From a virus (lineage: Duplodnaviria; Caudoviricetes), in the IMG/VR virus record IMGVR_UViG_3300010052_000204, positions 1 to 24,668 of that record: a stretch of 24,668 nt of DNA; one strand, written 5' to 3'. How positions within the stretch are numbered: the stretch's first letter is position 1; each line of letters starts with the position of its first letter. A program made the position numbers and the translations under genes. Under the pieces are notes generated by a model that had not been told where the DNA came from, ran no database searches, and saw nothing but the letters and a program-made list of their open reading frames with translations. Positions 7,330 through 15,832 of the stretch are shown piece after piece.

Positions 7330-7688
7330 TGACCGCGCTGCATTCCGAGGCGTTGATCGCGGCGAAGGTGGCGGACCAAGCCAATGCGGCCGATCCTGCG
7401 CGGGTGGAAAAGGTGCTGGCTGCCTACCTGGCCGTGGCGTTTCCGAAGGCGGCCTCGCCGGAGGAATCGCAGCGGTTCCTCAATGCCGACGGCACGCCGA
7501 TGGTGAGCGTGGTGGTGGCCAAGAGCCTGCCGTTTGCGCGGGCGCTGATCTACGAGTGGTCGCTGCTCGACGGCATCGACCGCAACCACTGGCTGAAGTG
7601 GAAGGCCATCAGCCTGCCGGCCTCGATCTACGACGCCATCCTCGACCGCGCGCGCCTGCGCCTGCGGCGTCCGGAGGCGACGAAATGA
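7326..7688 (+). CDS. Hypothetical phage protein
   Basis: Coupled ORF with GGAGG RBS. Confidence 0.75.
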   Translation: MMTALHSEALIAAKVADQANAADPARVEKVLAAYLAVAFPKAASPEESQRFLNADGTPMVSVVVAKSLPFARALIYEWSLLDGIDRNHWLKWKAISLPASIYDAILDRARLRLRRPEATK

Positions 7689-7885
7689 GCGGGCTGCGGG
7701 ACTGGATCAACATGGTGCTGGCGGCGATCGTCGCCCCTCTGGTGATGCGGCTGTTGTTTGCCGCTGTCGTCGATCCCTTCGCTGCCTTTATCGGGTTGGG
7801 TGCCGTGATGCGCGCCTACTGCGAGGGCGCGCTCGGCTTCGGGCTAGCACTGTGGCTGGTTTCGGAAATGGAGGGCGACGAATGA
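7685..7885 (+). CDS. Small putative membrane protein (66 aa)
   Basis: GGAGG RBS, ATGA overlaps at both ends, hydrophobic sequence. Confidence 0.7.
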   Translation: MSGLRDWINMVLAAIVAPLVMRLLFAAVVDPFAAFIGLGAVMRAYCEGALGFGLALWLVSEMEGDE

Positions 7886-9546
7886 CCTCGCCGGTTCGCT
7901 CCATCGATCTCGACCTGCTCGACCGGCGTGCCGATGCACGGGCGGTGGACGAGTACCAGGTGAAGGCGATCGCCAACTCGATGGGCGATGTCGGGCAGCT
8001 GAGCGCGATCCGGGTGCGGCCGAAGGCCGATGGCCGGTTCGAGATCATGGCGGGGGTGCACCGGGTCGAGGCGTGCCGGCTGCTCGGGCTCGCCGAGATC
8101 GACGGCATCGTCGAGGACATCGGCGAGCTGTTCGCCGAACTGACGATGATCGACGAGAACCTCTGCCGCTCCGAGCTCGGCCCGGCCGACCGGGCGCGGC
8201 AGACGGCGCGGCGCAAGCAGATTTACGAGGAAATCCATCCCGAGACGGCGCAGGGCAGTCCCGGCGTAAGTCGCCAAGTTGGCGACACACGCGAGCGCAG
8301 CGAGGCGCCTCGCTTCACCGAGGACACGGCGCAGGCTTCGGGCAAATCCGAGCGCACGGTGCAGCGCGATGCCGAGCGGGGCGAGAAGATTTCGCCCGAC
8401 GTGCTCGCGCTGGTGCGGGGCACCGAACTCGACACCGGCACCTATCTCGACGGGCTGAAGAAGTTCGGTCCCGACCAGCAGCGGATGCTGGTGGAGCGCG
8501 ACCTGGCGGCGCTCGAGGCGGGCGACAACAGCGACGCGGGGCGCGAGCGGGCGCGGCAGGCCGTCGGCGCCGGGCGGGTGCAGGATGGCGAGAGCCTCGA
8601 CTATTTCCCCACGCCGCCATGGGCAACGCGGGCCCTTATCGAGGACGTGCTTGCCCCCAACGGCATCGATCTCGGGTTCGACCTGGTTTGGGAGCCGGCG
8701 TGCGGCGAGGGGCACATCAGCGGCGTGCTCGAAGAATACGGCGTGCAGGTGATCGCCACCGACATCAAGGACTATTCGGTCGATGGGCGCTCGCCGCCGG
8801 GCTGGGCGCAGGTGGCGGATTTCCTCGAGGCCAGCTGGGGCGAGGACGAGCCGCCCGAGTGGATCGTCACCAACCCTCCGTTCACCGGCCGGGAGATGGA
8901 CCGGGCACTTGAGTTCGCGCTGCGGGCGCTCGCTACCGCCTCCAGAGGGGTGGCACTGTTCGTGCGCACCGGCTGGGCGATGGAGGGGATAGACCGCTAC
9001 CAACGGCTTTTCCGCGATAACCCGCCGACGCTGCTTTGCCCGTTCGTAGAGCGGGTGCCGATCTTCGAAGGGCGATGGGTGCCGGACGGTTCCAGCGACA
9101 TGGCCTATTCCTGGCTGGTGTGGATCAAGGGCGAGGCGGAGCGCACGCCGTGGCGTATCCCGCCGGGACGGCGGGTTGAGCGCTCGCGGCCCGACGATAT
9201 CGAGCGCTTCACGGCGCACCCGGTGATTTCGATTTTGCCGGCCTCGCACGAAAGGTCGGCTGACGAGTCCCAAGCGGCGGTCGCTGGGGAAACGGGGGAG
9301 GCTACCGCGGCGGCGGTTTCCCCCCTTACCGCCCTGTCGTCCGAGGCGATCAACCAGCTGATCCGCGACGGTTACGCTGCCGGCGGGCTGGACCTGGTGA
9401 AGCGGCTGGCGGCGGCCACCGGACTTGAACGCGCCGCGGTGCGGCAGCGGGCCAAGCGCATGGGGCTGGCCGATGCGCAGCACCAGCGGGATGCCTCACG
9501 CGCGCTGATGAATGCCCGGCACCATGGCGGGGTTGCCGATGCATAA
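7882..9546 (+). CDS. ParB/Srx-like N-terminal domain fused to an amino (N6A/N4C) DNA methyltransferase
   Basis: ParB motif FEIMAGVHRVEAC...IDENLCRSEL. MTase motifs DYFPTPPW, WEPACGEG (SAM binding) and IVTNPPF (catalytic). Confidence 0.87.
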   Translation: MTSPVRSIDLDLLDRRADARAVDEYQVKAIANSMGDVGQLSAIRVRPKADGRFEIMAGVHRVEACRLLGLAEIDGIVEDIGELFAELTMIDENLCRSELGPADRARQTARRKQIYEEIHPETAQGSPGVSRQVGDTRERSEAPRFTEDTAQASGKSERTVQRDAERGEKISPDVLALVRGTELDTGTYLDGLKKFGPDQQRMLVERDLAALEAGDNSDAGRERARQAVGAGRVQDGESLDYFPTPPWATRALIEDVLAPNGIDLGFDLVWEPACGEGHISGVLEEYGVQVIATDIKDYSVDGRSPPGWAQVADFLEASWGEDEPPEWIVTNPPFTGREMDRALEFALRALATASRGVALFVRTGWAMEGIDRYQRLFRDNPPTLLCPFVERVPIFEGRWVPDGSSDMAYSWLVWIKGEAERTPWRIPPGRRVERSRPDDIERFTAHPVISILPASHERSADESQAAVAGETGEATAAAVSPLTALSSEAINQLIRDGYAAGGLDLVKRLAAATGLERAAVRQRAKRMGLADAQHQRDASRALMNARHHGGVADA

Positions 9547-10363
9547 CGCCCTCAACCCGCAGGAACTGCTCTACGCGCAGAGGCTGCAGCGGCGCGGGCT
9601 GCTGCTGCGCGAGATCGCCGCCGAACTTGACGTGAGCTTTCAGGCCGTGTGCCTCGGGCTCTACGGCGGCAACGAATCGACGGCAGCACGGAAGGACGTG
9701 CAGCGCGCAGAAGTGTCCGGGGTTGTGGAAGGCGCTGAAGTCGCCACGGCCGGCTCGGTAGCGGGTACTCAAGTCCCGCCCGTCGATACGATCATCGAAC
9801 GCGAGGTGCCAGTAACGGTTGCCGCTGCGGGTGCAAGCCCCGCGCTGCTCAGCAGAGCGGCCGCGCAGGCTGCGAATGCCAACAAGGAGGATGAAGATGT
9901 AGCATTACCCCCGGCGCATGCGCCGGAGCAGCCGGGCAGTGACCAATGCTCCGTTAGCACGCCAGACGAGAGCGGCGCAGACTCGTCCCAGATTCACCAA
10001 CCGGAAGCCGCGCTGCTTCCGCAGACGGGGGTCGTTGAGGCTCTTGTCGCCCATTCGGAGCCGCTGGTTTACGACCCAGCCGATGCGATGACGTCGGGGG
10101 CTGCTACCCGGAAGGATGCAGGGACGGCGGCTCCGGATGATCCCGATGCTGCGATCGAGGCTGAACGGCTCGAGCTCAGCCGCAGCTATCATCCTGCCCA
10201 GCGGTTCCGCCTGGTGTCGGATGATGGGCAGACGTTGCACCAGAGCCTGCACGTGCTGACGCGCCTGCCCAGCTTCTTCTGGCGCGGCACTGGCGAGCAG
10301 CTGGCCGCCGTGCGGCGGCGCCGGCCGCAGTGGGCGCACCTCAAGCCCGTGGCGGTGACATGA
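9539..10363 (+). CDS. Hypothetical protein with N-terminal HTH and low-complexity middle
   Basis: RRGLLLREIAAELDVSFQAV is HTH-like. The start overlaps the upstream gene end. Confidence 0.7.
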   Translation: MHNALNPQELLYAQRLQRRGLLLREIAAELDVSFQAVCLGLYGGNESTAARKDVQRAEVSGVVEGAEVATAGSVAGTQVPPVDTIIEREVPVTVAAAGASPALLSRAAAQAANANKEDEDVALPPAHAPEQPGSDQCSVSTPDESGADSSQIHQPEAALLPQTGVVEALVAHSEPLVYDPADAMTSGAATRKDAGTAAPDDPDAAIEAERLELSRSYHPAQRFRLVSDDGQTLHQSLHVLTRLPSFFWRGTGEQLAAVRRRRPQWAHLKPVAVT

Positions 10364-11436
10364 ACGAAACGATCAAACGCCGGCTCACCCCGCCGATCGA
10401 CCGGTTGCGCACCCGGGCCCAGCTTTCGGCGCTCAAGGCGGCAGTGCTGCGCGACAAGCTGAAGGCCGCCGAAGCCGCGGCGCGGCAGGATCGGGTGGCG
10501 CGCCGAAAAGGCCGCGACGCGGGCGCACTATTTCGAGGGCGGGAGGGCGGGGCGATGAACGATCTTCTCGCGCCAGGTGGCGAGTTTGCCGGGCGCAGCA
10601 TCACGGTGCTGCTCAACCAGGGCGCCATGGTGGGCGAGCCGAAGGCTGGATCGAAGCGGTTCTGGACGACGGGCGAACTCAAGGTCATCCGCGAGCACTA
10701 CCCAACGGGCGGGCTCGCTGCCTGCCTGCCGCTGCTGCCGGGGCGCGCGGCGCCCTCGATCTACCAGAAGGCGTTCGAGCTCGGTGTCGGTTCGCTGGTG
10801 GGCGGGCAGAAGCCGCGGGCCAAGCGGCAGGTCTACGTCGCGACGCCGGAACTCGACCAGTCGATCCGCGATGCCTACGCCAGCGACGATCCGCTCAAGG
10901 CGCTGAAAAACCTGACCCGGCTCACCGGCCGGCCGCGCGCCTGGTTCATCAACCGGGCGGCGGCGCTCGGGCTCAGCCGGCCGAAGCTCAAGGAAGCGCC
11001 CTGGAGCGAAGCCGAGCTGGCACTGCTCGAGGCGCGCTCGCACCTTGCGCCGGGGACGATCCGGGGCGAGCTGCGCGCCGCAGGGTTCAAGCGCACGGCC
11101 AACGCGGTGGCGCTGAAGCTGCGCCAGCGGGGCTGGCGCCGCGAAAAGGCCGAGGGCCGCTACAACAAGGCGACGCTGCAGGCCTGCTTCGGGGTGAGCG
11201 GCGCAACGCTGAGCCGCTGGGCCGACCGCTGCGGGCTGAAGGTGGAGCGCGAGCGCCCGATGCTGGCGCCTCGCGGCGCCGAGCCGCATGCCGGGGCCGA
11301 GTGGAGCGTGCGCGAGCGCCACCTCAGGGCGTTCGTCATCGACAACGTCGCGATCATCGATTTCCGCAAGGTCGACAAGTTCTGGCTGGTCGACCTGCTG
11401 GCGGGCAAAAGCGAAGCGAAAGGGCATGGCGAATGA
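10360..11436 (+). CDS. Hypothetical DNA-binding protein with repeated W(S/T)xxE HTH-like units; alternative start at 10555
   Basis: FWTTGELKVIREHY and PWSEAELALL repeats, plus a C-terminal HTH (FGVSGATLSRW). Confidence 0.7.
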   Translation: MNETIKRRLTPPIDRLRTRAQLSALKAAVLRDKLKAAEAAARQDRVARRKGRDAGALFRGREGGAMNDLLAPGGEFAGRSITVLLNQGAMVGEPKAGSKRFWTTGELKVIREHYPTGGLAACLPLLPGRAAPSIYQKAFELGVGSLVGGQKPRAKRQVYVATPELDQSIRDAYASDDPLKALKNLTRLTGRPRAWFINRAAALGLSRPKLKEAPWSEAELALLEARSHLAPGTIRGELRAAGFKRTANAVALKLRQRGWRREKAEGRYNKATLQACFGVSGATLSRWADRCGLKVERERPMLAPRGAEPHAGAEWSVRERHLRAFVIDNVAIIDFRKVDKFWLVDLLAGKSEAKGHGE

Positions 11437-11843
11437 CGACTACAGTGACCGACGAGGATCGGAAGTCCTACTTGGCAGCATGTGAGGGGCTCGCGGCTAT
11501 CGAGCGTGAGCGCGAAGCTCTGGTGGAGCCGACGCGGGCGCGATGGGAGGCGGCCAAGGCTGCGGTCGACGAAGTCGTTGAGATTCACGGCGAGCCGATC
11601 TGCTGCTGCGAGGCCTGCGGCGTGCCGGTGTTCGAAGGTGAGCCCTACTTGGGCGGCGAGACTCCGCTGTGCGGCCCCTGCGCGCCCACCTACTGCGACC
11701 TGGTCGTCGATAGCGAACTGCTCGGCTTCGTCATGCCCGGCCCGGATGACGACTGGGTGCCGATGACGGTGGAATACGCCCGCGCGCTGTACGACTCGCA
11801 TCTCGCCGCCGGCGGGCTGGCCACCGACAGCATGGCAAAATGA
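11433..11843 (+). CDS. Hypothetical protein with CxxC...CxxC zinc-binding motif
   Basis: CEAC...CGPC; ATGA overlap with the upstream gene. Confidence 0.75.
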   Translation: MTTTVTDEDRKSYLAACEGLAAIEREREALVEPTRARWEAAKAAVDEVVEIHGEPICCCEACGVPVFEGEPYLGGETPLCGPCAPTYCDLVVDSELLGFVMPGPDDDWVPMTVEYARALYDSHLAAGGLATDSMAK

Positions 11844-11846
11844 TCG

Positions 11847-12083
11847 ATGATGGTCCCCGTCAAACTCTGGCTGCATCGCGACGTGGGGGACGCCTGGCTG
11901 GTGTCGCGCGGCGGCGTCGGGGCCGGGGTGTTCGTGCCGAAATCGCAGCTGGTGCTCGAGGATGGGCACCCGCTGCCGCTACTCGCCCCGGTGGGGCCGG
12001 TGGCGGCGGAAATGCCGGACTGGCTGGCCGAGGACAAGGGCCTCGTCGACGTGAAGTTCGAAGGGCAGGGGGATTTGTTTTGA
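11847..12083 (+). CDS. Small conserved-type phage protein
   Basis: DAWLV...VFVPKSQ...MPDWLAEDKGL pattern seen in phage early genes; ends QGDLF. Confidence 0.75.
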   Translation: MMVPVKLWLHRDVGDAWLVSRGGVGAGVFVPKSQLVLEDGHPLPLLAPVGPVAAEMPDWLAEDKGLVDVKFEGQGDLF

Positions 12084-12085
12084 GA

Positions 12086-12712
12086 TCAGTTCGACGCATC
12101 CGCGGCGAGCTGTGCCGCCATCTCCGCATAAAGGCGCGACCGCGTCATGCGCCGCGTCTGTCGTCTGACTTCAGGGTCAGTTGTCGCGGCCTCGACGCCA
12201 CTGGACGACGACACCTCGATGAACTGAACCAGAAACTGGATCATCACGGCCAACAGGGCAATCACGCCGTTCAGCACACGGATATCGAGCAGGGCCTCGG
12301 TCGGAGGCTTGCGTCGTATCTCGCCGCGTTTGGGACGGTTGTTGACGCTGAATCCTGTCCCATCCGGGACACCGTGCACGATGGCGTTGCGGTAGGCGAG
12401 CACCTGCTGCGCCATGACACAGAACGCAGCTGCTCCCTTATGCCACGGTTCGGCGCCTATGCGGGAAGCTGCGGCACCGAACATCTTGATCCGGTCTTCG
12501 CTGCCAGCGTTGACCGAGGCATGTTTGATGCCGGCGACGTTGATCCCTTCGATGTCCCAGATCGCAACCTCAAGGGCGTTGTCGATGCCGGCCCACAGCA
12601 TAGTCATTGCGCCGATGCGCTCGAGGATCACCGCGTCGCACTTCCAGCTGCTGGCCATCAGGCTCAGCACGGTGGCGACTTCGTTCTGAATGTAGATCCC
12701 GTCGTCGTTCAC
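12086..12712 (-). CDS. Antisense accessory gene, helical protein with RxxxxH (HEPN-like) motif; start uncertain (12712 GTG or 12658 ATG)
   Basis: Fills the gap between two + strand genes. IGAMTMLWAGIDNAL...YRNAIVHG. Confidence 0.65.
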   Translation of the reverse strand: MNDDGIYIQNEVATVLSLMASSWKCDAVILERIGAMTMLWAGIDNALEVAIWDIEGINVAGIKHASVNAGSEDRIKMFGAAASRIGAEPWHKGAAAFCVMAQQVLAYRNAIVHGVPDGTGFSVNNRPKRGEIRRKPPTEALLDIRVLNGVIALLAVMIQFLVQFIEVSSSSGVEAATTDPEVRRQTRRMTRSRLYAEMAAQLAADASN

Positions 12713-12777
12713 GCGCTCGGTCCCCAGGTCAACAGTCAAGCTTTGCGGCGCGACCTGGTCAAGCTCTGGAGGGTGGA

Positions 12778-13419
12778 ATGACGGCTGCCCTGAAGGTGCT
12801 GATCGGCTGCGAGTGCAGTGGCATCGTGCGGCGGGCGTTTGCAGCGCTCGGTCACGACGCGTGGTCGTGCGACCTGAAGCCGGCAGAGGATCGAAGCAAC
12901 CATCACCTCGTCGCCGACGTCCGCGATGTGCTCGGGCTCGGCTGGGATCTGCTGGCGGTGATGCATCCGCCGTGCACTCGGCTGACGAACAGCGGGGTGC
13001 GGTGGCTGTCGGTGCCGCCGCCTGGCCGATCGAAAGAGGATATGTGGGCTGAACTCGATGCCGGGGCGGCGCTGTTCTCGGACTGCTGGAATGCGCCGAT
13101 CGACAGGATCGCCGTCGAGAACCCGGTGATGCATCGCCACGCCAAGGCGCGGATCCGCAACTTCGCGCCGCATAGCCAATCGGTGCAGCCATGGCAGTTC
13201 GGCAACGATGAAGCCGGGCCGGACAACGTGAAGAAGCGCACCTGCCTGTGGCTCAAGGGCCTGCCGAAGCTGTTGGCGACCGGTTCGCTCGACGGCAAGA
13301 CGGCGCGGGCGGAAATTCATCGCGCGCCGCCTGGGCCTGACAGGGCAGAGCGCCGCAGCCGGTTCTTTCCGGGCCTCGCCGCCGCAATGGCGTTGCAGTG
13401 GGGAGGGCAGGTGACGTGA
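12778..13419 (+). CDS. Short phage C5-cytosine DNA methyltransferase-like protein
   Basis: VLIGCECSG (motif I-like), HPPCT (catalytic PC) and ENP. GGAGG RBS. Confidence 0.75.
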   Translation: MTAALKVLIGCECSGIVRRAFAALGHDAWSCDLKPAEDRSNHHLVADVRDVLGLGWDLLAVMHPPCTRLTNSGVRWLSVPPPGRSKEDMWAELDAGAALFSDCWNAPIDRIAVENPVMHRHAKARIRNFAPHSQSVQPWQFGNDEAGPDNVKKRTCLWLKGLPKLLATGSLDGKTARAEIHRAPPGPDRAERRSRFFPGLAAAMALQWGGQVT

Positions 13420-14453
13420 TCGTCGACGCCGTCCTCGACCAGATGCTGCTCGATGGCTGCACGGCGGTGCAGATCGTCAACGCGCTCAAGGCCGACCGGG
13501 CGGAAGCCCGGGCGCGGCGCGAAGCGGCACGGGCTCGGCGGGCCGGCGCCGCAGTTGTTCAACTCGGACAGGTCGAGTCCGGGTTACGCATTCCAGTCGG
13601 ACTCGATCTTGCTGGCTCGGGCTCGGCCAGCCGCGATGCGCCCTCGCCGGTGGCACCCGCGTCGGCAGATGGGCTGGCGCATCCGCGGGTGAAACTGGCC
13701 GTGGCGCGCAAGGCGATTCCGCTCTGCCGGCTGACGCCCAACGCCCAGGCGGTGTTCGCGGCGCTGCTCGATTTCTGCAATGTCGAGACGCTGCGCTGCT
13801 ACCCCGGCATCGGCCACATCGCCCGGAAACTGGGGCGTCACGAGCAGAAAGACCCGTCGCGCCACATCCGTCGCGGCATTGCCGAGCTGGTGAAGGCCGG
13901 GTTGCTGAAGGTGGCGGCGCACGCCGGGCTGCGGCACTCGAACGCCTACTTCCCGCAGTGGGACCGGCTGGCGGCGATCGTCGCCGCGTTCGAGGCCGGC
14001 GAAGGTGTGAAGCCGAGCGATGTCCGGGTTCAGTCGGACTCACCGGACAGAATTGTCCTCCAAAACCAGAAGAAGAATCTTCCCTCTGTGGGGAGGAGAG
14101 TTCAGCGCGCGAAGCAACCGGACAGGGCGCAGCGGGAGCTGATGCTGCCGGTGGTGCTGCAGGGCGGCAGGGCGACCGATGCGCCATCCGTGCCGGCGGG
14201 GATGCCGCGGGAGCAGGCGGGGCTTCGGGTGATGCAGGCGATCAGCCGCCACGTCGCCGGCAAGGGGCAGGGCTTCGCGCAGCAGGTGCGGGAAGCGATC
14301 GGGCCGCAGCTGCTCGAGCAGGCGATCGCCGCCGAAGCGCGGGCCCGTGGCAGCGGCTTCCCCATCGTTCTCGAAGCGCTCGGGCCCGGCCCGCCGAAAG
14401 CGTGGAACGGCGAGGTGAGCGACAGTTTGCGGGCAGTGCTGAAAAGGGGCTGA
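13416..14453 (+). CDS. HTH-domain replication initiator-like protein
   Basis: CYPGIGHIARKLG...HIRRGIAELVKAGLLKV...SNAY is a winged HTH typical of phage replication proteins. GTGA coupling. Confidence 0.7.
   Translation: MIVDAVLDQMLLDGCTAVQIVNALKADRAEARARREAARARRAGAAVVQLGQVESGLRIPVGLDLAGSGSASRDAPSPVAPASADGLAHPRVKLAVARKAIPLCRLTPNAQAVFAALLDFCNVETLRCYPGIGHIARKLGRHEQKDPSRHIRRGIAELVKAGLLKVAAHAGLRHSNAYFPQWDRLAAIVAAFEAGEGVKPSDVRVQSDSPDRIVLQNQKKNLPSVGRRVQRAKQPDRAQRELMLPVVLQGGRATDAPSVPAGMPREQAGLRVMQAISRHVAGKGQGFAQQVREAIGPQLLEQAIAAEARARGSGFPIVLEALGPGPPKAWNGEVSDSLRAVLKRG
14021..14100. repeat. Inverted-repeat cluster plus A-rich tract inside the rep gene (candidate origin)
   Basis: TGTCCGG/CCGGACA and GGACA-gaat-TGTCC, then CAAAACCAGAAGAAGAATC. 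Confidence 0.4.
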
Positions 14454-14455
14454 GG

Positions 14456-15289
14456 ATGGGCAAGGCGACGAAGGTGAAGAAGCTGGGCTATGACGAGGCG
14501 GCGGCCGAGCTGCCGCAGCTCGATGCGCGGCTGTCGGCTGTGGCAGCCGAGTATTCGACCCAGTACGAGGCGGCACTCGTCGCCTATCGCCAGATCCAGC
14601 GGGTGATGGCGGAGAGCGGTGCGACGCTGGTGAATCTGCGGCAGCGGCGGGCCCGGTTGCTTGCCCTGGTGGAAGCCGGCCCTACCGATAGCTCGATCGA
14701 GCGCGTGGATGTGCAGAACCCGCTCAGCTCGGAGGAGCAGGTGCTGCACGAGATCGCCACCGATGGGGTCGGCAGGTCGGACCTGATCGAGGTCGACCGG
14801 AACATGGCGATCCTGATCGGCGGGCTGTTCCGGGTGAAGTCGCGCTCGGAGATTCAGACGCTGGCGGCGGCGCGGTATCGCGACGTGTACGAAACGGCGC
14901 AGCTGGGTGGCGCCAAGGCGATCGACTACTCGGTGACGCGGGTCGACAGTTCCGGTTCGGCGCAGGCGGCGATTGCCGACATGGGCGAGGATGCGCGCCG
15001 CCTTTACGGCGTGGCGGTGCGGGCGCTCGGGCCGTTCAAGTCGAGCCTGATCGAACGGGTGGTGTGCGACGGCATGAGCATCCGCGAGGTGGCGCGTCGG
15101 GTGGAGGGCAACGAAGGCGATGCGGCGCGCCAGCGGATCACCGGGCACCTGCTGCTGGCACTCGACGAGGCGGCCGAACTGCTCGGAGTGGGGCAGGGCA
15201 GGCGTCGCGGCAGGCTGCAGGGCTCGGGTGCGCAGGTGCATGTGGATTGGCGGGGCGAGGGGGCAGGCCAGCAGGCCAACGCGGCTTGA
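14456..15289 (+). CDS. Putative late-gene transcriptional regulator (Q-position, DUF6456-like, C-terminal HTH)
   Basis: Last early gene before the packaging module. AIDYSVTRVDSS and VVCDGMSIREVARR. Confidence 0.65.
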   Translation: MGKATKVKKLGYDEAAAELPQLDARLSAVAAEYSTQYEAALVAYRQIQRVMAESGATLVNLRQRRARLLALVEAGPTDSSIERVDVQNPLSSEEQVLHEIATDGVGRSDLIEVDRNMAILIGGLFRVKSRSEIQTLAAARYRDVYETAQLGGAKAIDYSVTRVDSSGSAQAAIADMGEDARRLYGVAVRALGPFKSSLIERVVCDGMSIREVARRVEGNEGDAARQRITGHLLLALDEAAELLGVGQGRRRGRLQGSGAQVHVDWRGEGAGQQANAA

Positions 15290-15314
15290 CGAATCAGGCC
15301 AATAAACGCATCGC
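15286..15314 (+). promoter_or_regulatory. Candidate late promoter
   Basis: TTGACG overlapping the regulator stop codon, then 17 nt to a weak CATCGC -10. A hairpin follows at about 15346-15372. Confidence 0.35.
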
Positions 15315-15389
15315 TAGTGCAGCTTGGCGAAGCACGCCCAGCGAGATACGCCCCGGCCCTGAGCTGGGGCGTTTGCATTTGGGGTGGCA

Positions 15390-15758
15390 ATGGGCAGGCT
15401 CAAGGCGATGCCGGCTGCTCTCGCCCCCCTCAAGCCCCGCCTTGGGTTTGCGCCTGGTGACGCCAAGGCGGCGGACAAGTCGAGGACGGTGATGGCGCCG
15501 TGGCGTGCCTGGTACAAGACAGAGCGCTGGGCTCGGCTGCGACACGAAGTGTTCCTGCGCGATCTCTATCGGTGTCAGCGGACTGGTGTGCTTTGCATCG
15601 GCAAGCATCCCGCTCCGAACAGCCCGGTGGCGAACCACAAGCGCCCGCACAAGGGCGACCCGGAACTGTTCTGGGACATCAACAACATCGAGACGGTGTC
15701 GAAGGAAGTGCACGACGGACTGATCCAGTCCGAAGAGCGCGCGCTGCCTCGCACATAG
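15390..15758 (+). CDS. Packaging-associated HNH endonuclease (HK97 gp74-like)
   Basis: WYKTERWARLR...RDLYRC...VANHKRPHKGDPELFWDINN...VH, located immediately before terS. Confidence 0.88.
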   Translation: MGRLKAMPAALAPLKPRLGFAPGDAKAADKSRTVMAPWRAWYKTERWARLRHEVFLRDLYRCQRTGVLCIGKHPAPNSPVANHKRPHKGDPELFWDINNIETVSKEVHDGLIQSEERALPRT

Positions 15759-15832
15759 GGGGGGCGGGTCAAAAGTCTGGGAGGCGGCGCTTTCCCGGAC
15801 CGGCATCTGCCTCACGCGGAGATTTTTTTCTG
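15759..15832. other. Probable cos region
   Basis: HNH-terS intergenic G-run, GTCAAAAGT, GGACCGGC...CTCACGCG and a T-run. This is the usual position and style for cos phages with an HNH. Confidence 0.55.

Noticed and set aside
7816-9483. 555-aa minus-strand ORF and other long antisense ORFs (10528-11427, 14102-15241, 17727-18905, 20264-21358, 21993-23087)
   Set aside because: These are shadow frames of well-supported genes, expected in high-GC DNA, with no recognisable motifs.
12713-13192. Upstream extension of the HEPN-like ORF to 368 aa
   Set aside because: It overlaps the C5-MTase-like gene on the other strand and reads as Arg/Pro/Ala-rich shadow sequence.
15346-15372. Hairpin containing GCCCTGA, reminiscent of lambda boxB
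   Set aside because: The loop and stem do not match boxB, and there is no boxA or N-like gene; kept only as a late-leader hairpin.
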